Below, in pieces: positions 22,675 to 32,000 of a stretch of DNA of 32,000 nt. How positions within the stretch are numbered: position 1 is the stretch's first letter; each line of letters starts with the position of its first letter. The notes under the pieces are model-generated. The model had not been told where the DNA came from and did no database searches. It worked only from the letters and a program-made list of their open reading frames with translations. The position numbers and the translations under genes were made by a program. This DNA comes from Wallemia ichthyophaga EXF-994 (lineage: Eukaryota; Fungi; Basidiomycota): positions 120,001-152,000 of the forward strand of contig NW_008806284.1 in assembly GCF_000400465.1 (NCBI RefSeq), read 5' to 3'.

Positions 22675-25296
22675 TTATTCACCCTTAACGAGTTGAGGCA
22701 GCTTACCCAAATCCTCATGATCAGCTCCAGTTTCATTGGCATACTTCTCCATATTCCTACCCTCATGCAGCCAATTCGTGCCGTAGAGGTGAGCGACAGT
22801 GGATGCGTGTGACTGTGGCGAGTAGTGCGCGACTTCTTTAATAGCCCTATCCGCAACTTGGAATCTGGATACCTTGTTCCAGTGAAGCATCAACCAAGGT
22901 GTAGTTGTGGTGCCGTTCTCCTTGTAAGAATCAATTGAGAATCGTCCCCTGTTAAGTGAGTGTTCTCTCTGGAACAGAAGAGAGGAAACTTGTAAAGCAT
23001 AACCGTGGTAACTGATCAACACTGGCTTTTCTTTGGTAAAGAGACTGTTGAATGAGTTTTCATCTAATGCGTGTGGATGATCTTGCTTGTTTCCAGCCAA
23101 AATCATAAGGTCGTAAATGTTCACCACCCTTACTCTCACTCCAGAGTTTCTCAAAAGCACACTCGCAGCTAACACTTCGAATGTAACCTCTGTACCGATA
23201 CCGACGAGTACGACTTCTGGATCAACACCTTGGTCTGTTGAGTACTCCTTCCAAACACTAGCACCGGCAATACAATGCTTTTCGGCTTGGTCTGCGGACA
23301 TCAATACAGGTCCGGGTTGCTTGCTGCCGACAATCTGCACGACTCGTTAGTTAGTTGATCGCAACAATCTTCCGTACGCACCAAGTTGAGGTAATTTTTT
23401 GACCTCAAGCAGTGAGCGATGCATGAAAGCGTAGTATTGACGTCTATTGGGAAGTAGATTCTCGAAAGGTGCGCAGGGAAAGTCTGGAAGGTGGATATTA
23501 ATCCAGGCGCTTGGTGTGAGTAACCGTTGTGTTCTTGTCTCCATAAGGTACTCGTCGCAATGTAGTTAAGCGAGCTGACATCACCTCTGAACTGTACCTC
23601 TTTGCACGACTTGATAAATTTGGAATACTGAGTCATCATCGTGGCTGCAATGCCTAGGAAGGCTTCATACGAAGGGAATAAACCTGTGCGGCCTGTGAGA
23701 GTGTATCCTTGCAAGAAGCCTTGAAGTGTGTGTTCTGAGAGCATCTCAATTACTCTGCCTCCCTTGTGTGCACTTTCAGGGTCCCATTGGAAGTCACGGC
23801 TAGTGACGTCGAAAACTTTGTGCAGCTTGTTCGACTCCAGCTCATCAGGACTGAACATTCTAAATGTTTCTGGATTTTGCTTCATGACATCGGCAAGGAA
23901 CTCGCCTGTAGCAATCATTGGCGAGTATGTTTCACCTTGACTCTTAGTGTGATTCTTCCATTGAGGAACATTGAGCGATTGATGTGCGTCGTAAGTTTCT
24001 TTCACTTGGCCAAGTCTGAGTGACTCTTTTGCTGGGACAATCGAGAGAGCTTCTTTATCGACAAACTCACCATCCTCCTTCTCAAGGTTGAAAATTTCAT
24101 CCGGCTGGTACGACTTCAACCACTTACCAAGAACTGAGAATTCCTCATCATCTGATTTACACTTAGGAAGTGGAACTTGGTGGGAGTGGAAAGAGCCTTC
24201 GAGAGGTGTGTTGTGGATTTGGCGTGGACCGGTGTAACCCTTTGGAGTTCTCAACACAATGAATGGGAAGCGAGGTTTTTCGATTGGGTTTCCAGATCTA
24301 GCAGCGTGCTGAATTTTGCGGATCTCACCATAAGCCCATTCCATAGAAACAGCAAGATCGGCATTAACTCTGCGGTCTTTCTCCGTATGCTCCTCAAATG
24401 AGCTAGCGAGCGGTCCGTACTCAACGAAACGGACCTGGTAGCCATATCCACTGTACAGTGCGACAAGCTCAAGATCGTCAGCCGCACCTGGAATGGTACG
24501 TTCGCTAATTTTGTAACCGTTTACATGAAGAATAGGCAACACTGCACCTGATTCTGCCGGATCGATGAATTTGTGTGAGTGCAAACTAGCAGCCGTAGGC
24601 CCTGTTTCAGATTCACCATCACCGATGACGCAAACTGCGATCATATCCGGCTTATCCATGATAGCGCCGAAAGAAACAGCAAGAGCATAGCCTAGCTCAC
24701 CACCCTCGTGAATACTGCCTGGGACTTGTGCGGAAACGTGCGATGGGAAGGTACCGCCTGGGAAAGAGAAGCAGCGTGCGAAAGCTTCGAAGCCATCCTT
24801 GTTCATGGTGTACTGAGGATAGAATTTAGTGATGGAGCCTTCCAAGAATAAGCTGGCGAGAATTGCAGGTGCACCGTGACCAGGGCCAGTGACGAAGATG
24901 GATTTGAGATCGGTGCCTTCTTTCTCGCGGCGCTTGATAAGCGCGTTGGTGTGGGCGTAAACGAGGTTTAGGCCCGGGCAGGTACCAAAGTGACCAAGCA
25001 AGCGTGGCTTGATATCGTCCTTGCTAAGCTGGCGGCTGAGTAAGGTGTTGCTTTTTAAGAAAATCATGGAAACAGCGATGAAGTTGGCGCTGTGGGTAGT
25101 GTAAGCGTGAATTTAGCAGTGAATATGGAACTCACGCTCTCTGGAAAGCTATCAAGCCATTCAGATTCCAATCAGCCTCGTTCTTGAGTACTGAATCTAC
25201 ATTCAAATCAACAGCGAGCTTGCTAAGGTCCTTAGGTAGCTGCGATGGGCGAGGCTCTTCACCTCTGTTTTGGGCGTCGATGATATTATGTGTCAT
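22675..25296 (-). CDS. xfp: Xylulose-5-phosphate/fructose-6-phosphate phosphoketolase; 3 exons (in-frame upstream ATGs at 25359, 25356 and 25347 are alternative starts)
   Basis: RLLGHFGTCPG, GPGHGAP, HEGGELGY, TPP motif GDGE(S)ETGP, ILHVNGYKISERT, SPDELESNK, LSEHTLQGFLQGYTLTGR, QEHNGYSHQ. Introns 25135-25090 and near 23386-23338. Confidence 0.96.
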
Positions 25297-25373
25297 GAAT
25301 GTTTGGTGCAAGGAGCGATTGGTTGTATCCACACGGGGTGTAATCATTGATGACATCATACAAATAAACAAAT

Positions 25374-26702
25374 CTACAAACTCAGAGTCATCTTGGCTTG
25401 ACGAGCTGCTTCTCCCTCCTCATCTGTCCAGCAGACGTATGCTGGAATCTTGCTTGTGTCGTTGCTGAGTGCAAATGCACCGTCTGCTTCTCTATCGCCC
25501 GCCTGTTCATTGAGCGAGTCGACGACAGATACGCCGAACACACTAAGTCTATCCGCGACATCTTTCCTCAACCTTGCTGACTTCTCTCCGATGCCACCGC
25601 TAAAGACCAGCGCATCGATCGCCTTCTTTGGGTGAGTCCCGAAGGACAGTTTCTGTAGATACGCGAGAAGATACTGTGTGAGTCTGTCCAAATAAACAGC
25701 ATATGCCAGAGCGAAAGCATTTGGCATTTCCTCTTGATACCATGGTTTCCAGCATTCAGCATCCGCTTCTGGAATTTCCTCTAAAATTTTCCCGAAGTTG
25801 GACGTACCGCACAAGCCGACGAATCCACCTTGCTTATTCATGACATACTCACCTCTCGATACGCGCATGCCATTAACGTCGACAGTCTCTGCGACGTCGC
25901 GAATCAAGTGGAAGATAAGTGTAGGGTCGATCGAACCTGTTCTGCTCCCACCCGGCAGACCTGCTTTATGTCAGAAAACACCACTAATACACTTCAACAC
26001 ACCTTCCAGTGGTGTCAGACCCATCGTTGTGTCGACTGAGATGCCATTCTTGATCGCGCACGCACTACCTCCACTGCCTAGATGTGCGACGACAATACTG
26101 GTCTCTGTTTCCTTTTTACCTAGCTTGGATGCCACTGACCGGAGTATACTGTGGTAGGACAGACCGTGCGCGCCGTACTTCTGCAGCGGAATGCGTGGCT
26201 CGTGGTCCGGCTTGCCGATCGCATACTTGCGCACTGCTTCCGGTAGAGTGCGATGGAAAAGCGTGTCGAACACTATCACCGCTGGCGATGCAGGCAAATG
26301 CTCAAGAACAGCCTCGAGCGCCATCAGTGCTGGTTTGTTGTGCAAAGGGGCAAACGCGCTGATTCTGTCGAGGTCCTTGAGTTTGTCGGAGTGCTCCTGC
26401 GTCACTACGATTGGCTTGTCGATGTCGCCCCCGTGTACAACTCTATGTGACGTAGCGGTGATGTCGTTCGGTTGCAGCTCGAGTGCACGGAAAACCTTAT
26501 CAAGAAGCGTCTTGAAGACATCGTTGTAGGCTGTGCCTTTGCTAATGCTCTCGGAGACGTTCGCTCCGCTGCCGCTGATCTTGATCATGGGCTCCTCAGA
26601 AATGTTCGACGCTCCACCGGATGCGAGTGGCGTGAGGTCTGTGCTGAAGAGCTTGAATTTAATACTTGAGCTCCCACAATTAAATGCGATAATTTTTGTC
26701 AT
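25374..26702 (-). CDS. ack: Acetate kinase; 2 exons
   Basis: AFNCGSSSIKF, HRVVHGG, APLHN, FDTLFH, YGAHGLSY, HLGSGGS, TTMGLTPLEG|LPGGSRTGSIDP across the 42-nt intron 26002-25961, VFSGGIGEKS, TDEE. Confidence 0.96.
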
Positions 26703-26924
26703 GATTGTTGAGCACGAACAACTTTATCCATCAAATGACATCATCTGGGAGTACTGGTCAGGATCTCTATTTTTAACCACAGTCGATAGAGTCAATTGTG
26801 TAAGAGCTATTATAAATAACCGAAAGCATCTATTCTCGCATTCTGAGCGATGAAAATTTCATCTTGTTGCTTGTCTCAGCGACTTCCACCGTGCTAAAAC
26901 GCGTTATTACAAGAAAAATATTCA

Positions 26925-29531
26925 TTACCACATTCTACACTGCTCCTCTAATGGCGGATTCATGATACTCCCCTGGGTGCAACCGAAAGCCTTTGCGAAT
27001 TCAGGTGTGTTGCGAAGTGTACCATCGACTCTCCATCTGTTATTGTTACGTGAGTCAGTATTCACGCCAGTCATATCTCAGTACTCACTTAGTTGGTGCG
27101 TGCGGATCCGTCTTGATACGCTTGAGGTTCTCTTCCAAGCGTGTCTTGCGCGCCCAGCCTCTAGCAAACGAGATAAAGAATAACTGTTCGTCGGTAAATT
27201 TGAGTCCTGGAAGTTTGGCAGATTCTTCAATCTCCTCTGCGTGCTTCCACGCGTTGTATGCCTGCACTAATCCCAGATCCCCTATAGCCTCGCCAATCAC
27301 GAAACGTCCGTTAACGTTGAGGTCCTTGCCATCGGGTCCTGGTACGGTGAACTGGTTGTATTGATTGATGATACACTCAGCTCTTTCTTCGAATGCCTTG
27401 ACTGTTTCGTCACTCCACCATGAACCATCGAAGATTAGTCTGCCGTCTGCTTCGTACTGACGTCCAGCTTGGTCAAAGGCATGACACAGCTCGTGCGCTG
27501 CTACACTGCCTGCTGATCCGTAATTAAGAACCTGCGGCCAATCCGCCTTGAAGAATGGTGGCTGGAGTATCCCAGCTGGGAAAACTATCTCGTTCTTTGA
27601 TGGCTGGTAGTAGGCATTGACTTCAGTTGGAAACATATCCCATTCGCCTTCGGCGACCTTACCTGCTTTCTGGAAGAGTCTGGCTGCGTCAGCTTCTTTA
27701 GCTCTCAGAGTGTTGCCGAACCAATCATCCTCAGTGATTTCGTTCATGTCGTAGTATCTGGCTAGATCAGTGGGGTCTGAAGTATTTGGATGGGCGGTTG
27801 GGTATCCGATCTTCTTGTTGTCGTGTAGTACTCTGGCTTTGTTAGCTGCCGCATCGACTGTCTTGTTATCCAACCATCCAAGACTTGGTAAGCGATTGAT
27901 GAACGCATCGATGATCCCATCTACTACTCCTTCAAAATTAGTCTTGCTCTCACCTGGGAAAGCTTCGAGGACAAATGGTCTGCCGGCTAAGAAACCAACT
28001 TGATCGACCACTCCGTTCAAGCAGTCGAGATCAATATCCTTCTCAGCCTTTGGGTCGGTGCCGCTCATTTTCGCTGTGAAATCATTAACTATCTTGGCCA
28101 TGTGGGTCTTTGGACTAAGTGAGGAGCCCAAATTGAGAACGATTCTGAGGAGGAAGTAAGTTTCGAGCGTGGCATCGTCGACTTCAAGGACACTGAAAGT
28201 ATGTTTAAGAACTAAGTCCTTTCATAAACCCCAACACACCTTGCTAAATCCTCAAAGTAGCTTGGGTTTGCTACGATAACTGGCTCTACTATAGAGTCGT
28301 CGTCACTTGTACCTTGCAGGGCAAAAAATTCATTCCAATATACGTATGGAGCAAGCTCAGAGAGCTCAGTTATGGTCTTGGGGTTGTACGTCTTGAGAGG
28401 GTTAGCTGAGTCAACCTGGCTCCAAGAGATTCTTGCGAGGTCTTGTTCAAATCTAGCGACATCGTTGGCTTTTCTCCTGAAGTAGCGTGTTGGGAGCTTA
28501 GGAGGTTTGTGATGTTTATTTTTTTTGCTCTTTTTGCTTTCCGTGATACCCTTGCTGTGAAAATCTCTTTCGTGAACAGCAACCAATATCTGATAAGTGA
28601 TTTCAGCGATAAGGTTTACATTGGCGTAGTCCTCATAGTAGTCTTTGTCGGGAAGTGATAAGGCATCGCTTTGAGATAGAACAAGTACCTGTCGGCTTGG
28701 ATCCTTGCCTACGTCGCCATCCAGTGAGAAAGAGAACAAACCGCCGATGTTCATAGATTGTAAAAAGGCGGTTGCATGAGTCAGCATGGTTTTGCGATAA
28801 TCGCCCTTCACCATGTGCCTTTGATGGATCACAGATTCGAAGTCGTCGAGTACATCGAGGATAGGCTCAGCGCCAAGCTTGTCTTGAACCTTAGTGTTAG
28901 TGCAAGAGTCGTAGAGAGTCTTGATAGATTTTAAGTTTTCTTTGTCTTGAGGAGAGTATTCTTGCGTGCCGACGTTATCAAAGACTGCTGATTTGACAGT
29001 TTGGATATTCCTATCGCCGAGCTCGTTGAATATGGAGTAAACGCTCTTTGAAGGTGGGATAGGGTGAGAATTAAGCCAGCCGCCATTAGCGTAATCGTAG
29101 AAAGAGTCGCATGGATCGATGGAAGTATCGACAGACTCGAGGATATCTTTTGCAGCTCTGAAGCAAGATCTGGTGAGGCAGAAATTGGATGACTACGATT
29201 GTTAGTGGGAAATAATTTATAAAGTGTTTGTGCTTACTGGTGGTTGTTCTGGCCGCTTAGGAGGATGCGTGGGTTGTGGTTTGCCAGGTTGTATGACAGT
29301 GACAGTCTCTTTAGATTCCTGCGCTCTCTTGTAATTAACTTCAGCGCCTGCAAATAAACCAACGAAAACGCTCATCAATACAACGAGCCCAACGATGACA
29401 GCGATGAGGATTCTATTCAGCTTTGAAATATTCTTTGGTGGCCCTAGTTCCTCTTTACGACGTCCATTCAGCAGTAGTGGCTCCCTTTCAAGTATCCCTG
29501 ACTGCCTCCTTGAATTTGAATGTGAGTTCAT
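26925..29531 (-). CDS. M13 family zinc metallopeptidase (neprilysin/ECE-like), type II membrane protein; 4 exons
   Basis: N-terminal TM ILIAVIVGLVVLMSVFVGLFAG, CLTRSCFRAA...DPCDSFYDYANGGW, VNAYY, HELCH (HExxH), GEAIGD, DPHAP, spliced C-terminus WRVDGTLRNTPEFAKAFGC...MNPP..QCRMW*. Confidence 0.95.
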
Positions 29532-29774
29532 GGTGGTCGTAAGCCAAGACGTCACCGCCAGCCAGATAAGGTGAGATTTGATGTTCAGGCTATATTTGAG
29601 AGGCAGAAATGATCATAAAATTGAGCCCAGTTCAATGACGTTTTCGGATTGTAAATATCTCCTGTCGATCACCCGTCGTCATCAAAATTTTCATGGACTA
29701 TACATACAGTCTTTCTAGGATTATTACATCTTTCAAAGCAACAATCATCATCTAAAGAAATACCTGGAAGATAT

Positions 29775-31135
29775 ATGCAGTTGAAATACCTCATCACACT
29801 CGCAACCCTTGCGGCTTTTGCCTCTGCGAATTTGGTTCCGCACAACGTCGCTTACACGAAGAGATCTCCACAATACGAGTACGATACAGCGGCGTAAGTG
29901 GGTAATATTGAGACGATACAATCTAACACGCCTCAGACCATCTCCAGATTCACCTTCGCCATCACCAGCAGGTCCTGGAGACGATATCGCAATTTGTGTT
30001 AATAGTGAGTGAAATAATCACAGTTTGATAGCCAACAAAATTTATACATAGACTGCGACTCTAACGCTTACAAGAACAATGGAATTAATGGTAGTGGCGG
30101 TGGTATTGGCGCTGCCGGTGATTATAACGCTGGTGGCGATAATCCTGGTGGCAACAATCCTGGCAACGACAACAACGAAAATTCTCCCAACATCGGTGAC
30201 GACGACGCCAACGACAACAACAACAGAAACGATACTGCTCCATCGCCAACTACAAAGTACGTCGTCGTTGCACCTTCTCAGGGCGTTCTTCGCTTCGTTC
30301 CCTTTGCCATGCAAGCCGATGTCGGTGACAAAATTCAATTTACTTGGATGGCAAACAACCACGGAGTAACCAAATCTTCAATGACTGGTCTCTGTAACGC
30401 CACAGAGGATAAGCCATTCAAATCTCCTGTACAGAACGCAACCACTACGTTTGAGATTACTGTCGATACCACCGACCCAATGTTTTACTATTGCCCAGTT
30501 GGAAATGTGGGAAAGATTAATCATTATAATTAACACTGACAGTACATATAGCACTGTGCATCTGGTATGTACGGTATGATCAATCCACCAATGGCACCAG
30601 CCAACTTGTCAAACGTTGGTAATGCTATGAGTGATTGGGAGAAGGTCAGAGAGTAGCTCTGTGCCACTTCAACACCCTCTAACATCTCACTAGGACTCCA
30701 AGAATGCCATTATTATGAAGAACGCCGGTAATTTGATGAAGGATGCCAACATGACCACCGAGCAACTAAACTGGGGAAGCAACTGGATGGACATCGCGAG
30801 TGACAAAGATCAGTTGTCTTTGCTTATCGAGAATATTATGTGAGTAGTTGTATAATCAGAATTAACCCTCTGAAAATCGCAGCACCACGCGTCTCGCTAT
30901 TGCTTTGAATCCAGGCTGGACACCTGGAGCTGAGATTGATACTGGCAAGTTTAATACACCACCAGATATGAATACGCTTGCAGAGTCCAACACCGACGAC
31001 GATGAGACTGACGATGATCCTACTACTGATTCGAAAGACGGAGGTAGCTCAAATGACTCTGGATGCATCAGAAAGGAAGCCCAGATTACCAGTCTTATTT
31101 TCAGTTTAATTGCGGTTTTCGCATGTGTTCTTTAA
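29775..31135 (+). CDS. Secreted, probably GPI-anchored cupredoxin-domain protein (fungal 'extracellular serine-rich protein'-type); 6 exons
   Basis: Signal peptide MQLKYLITLATLAAFASA, KR site, cupredoxin KYVVVAPSQGVLRFVP...GDKIQFTW..NNHGVT...FYYCPVGN|HCASGMYGMINPP, C-terminal hydrophobic tail. Five GT-AG introns, frame-consistent where checked. Confidence 0.85.
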
Positions 31136-31755
31136 GTTTAATGAATACTCTTTTCAATATTTACATCTACGCGGTCAGGTTTAAATGCCAGGATGGCCTG
31201 AATAACGGTCGTGGATGTTAAATGTCAATAGTACCTGGGTCTTTATGTGCTAAATGAGCTGATCTGGTAAATTTCACATGCAATTGTTATCCTCTTAAGA
31301 TGTGTAGGACTGAACATGTTTCAGATAAGGGCATCAAACTGCAAAGAAGGTGGCTAAGCTGAAGAATACAAATTGCTGAAAAACCTACAGACAGAAACAC
31401 CCTTGCTTAGCTGTATATGCGCATTTGTACTTCATCCAGCACACATCTCCTTATCGACAAAGCGGTGCGAAGGAAACTACCAAACTTAGAGAACTGAAAA
31501 CCAAATTATAGCACACAGGTAATTAACTCGATATTCGTTTTATTCGCCTTTTCACCACAATCCACCGGGCTTAATACTTTAATGTTAGTCCAATCCCAAA
31601 CTTGATGTATATCCCAAGTAATCCTCATGGAGAAGTTTTCGCTAAAGTGGATTAACAATCTCATTAGCGACAGATACTCGTTAAGAATTGATAGATCTTG
31701 CGGTTCAGGGTATTATCCGCTTGTGCCAAGTTGGCAGAATAACCAAAAGACCCAC

Positions 31756-31923
31756 TTCTCTTTCAGGCGTGGAAGAGTCATGTGTTCGAATCAAGGTGGT
31801 CGTAAATATTGCTGAATCAACTTTCTGATGATAAACTACGCGTCTTCCACCCTGCGTGCATCCGTGATCACCAAAGCAATCGCCGATGTTTGGAACTTCT
31901 ATCTGACGAATGTGTGGTTGGAT
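31756..31923 (-). CDS. Possible internal exon of a minus-strand gene entering from the right edge
   Basis: 56 stop-free codons (IQPHIRQIEVPNIGDCFGDHGC...TPERE) bounded by an acceptor-like ...CTAG and a donor GTGGGT of the type used in CHC1 and UTP22. No family recognised. Confidence 0.25.
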
Positions 31924-32000
31924 CTAGTCAGGCGTGATCAACTGACTGAGTGTCTGCTGAAGTTAACAACATCATAAAGGAACACCACCGCAGTGATTGT

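Noticed and set aside
22366-22856. 100-aa minus-strand ORF 22554-22856 and a possible ncRNA in the 309-bp MYO2/xfp gap
   Set aside because: The ORF is an off-frame overlap of the xfp 3' end. No C/D, H/ACA or tRNA boxes were recognisable in the gap.
25356-25376. Ack-Xfp fusion protein by stop readthrough
   Set aside because: The two frames differ, and the ack frame stops again five codons later.
30042-30369. Hydrophobic/Thr-rich ORFs 30079-30369 (+) and 30042-30362 (-)
   Set aside because: Shadow frames of the Gly/Asn/Asp-rich cupredoxin linker. The spliced frame joining the signal peptide and cupredoxin domain explains the region.

Overview
Very compact, gene-dense fungal genomic window. 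Spliceosomal introns are short (about 42-67 nt, CTRAY-type branch points) and intergenic gaps are 18-309 bp. The style fits a basidiomycete such as Wallemia (inference, not verified). Manual splicing gives about 14 genes: a partial membrane-tailed protein, an RWD-RBR E3 ligase (RNF14/Itt1-like), CWF19L1/Drn1, Fmp52/HTATIP2-like SDR, an orphan ORF within a degenerate tandem duplication, an Sds3-like protein, Utp22, Rpt4, clathrin heavy chain, myosin V, phosphoketolase, acetate kinase, an M13 neprilysin-like peptidase and a GPI-type cupredoxin. The most notable points are (1) an operon-like ack->xfp pair with 77 bp or less between CDSs, (2) two divergent start codons only 18 bp apart, (3) a reciprocally degenerated tandem duplication carrying an orphan ORF, and (4) four tandem Ark1/Prk1-consensus sites in a clathrin tail exon missed by the ORF track. 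No clearly new biological system can be demonstrated from sequence alone. No tRNA, rRNA, CRISPR or intact mobile element was recognised.
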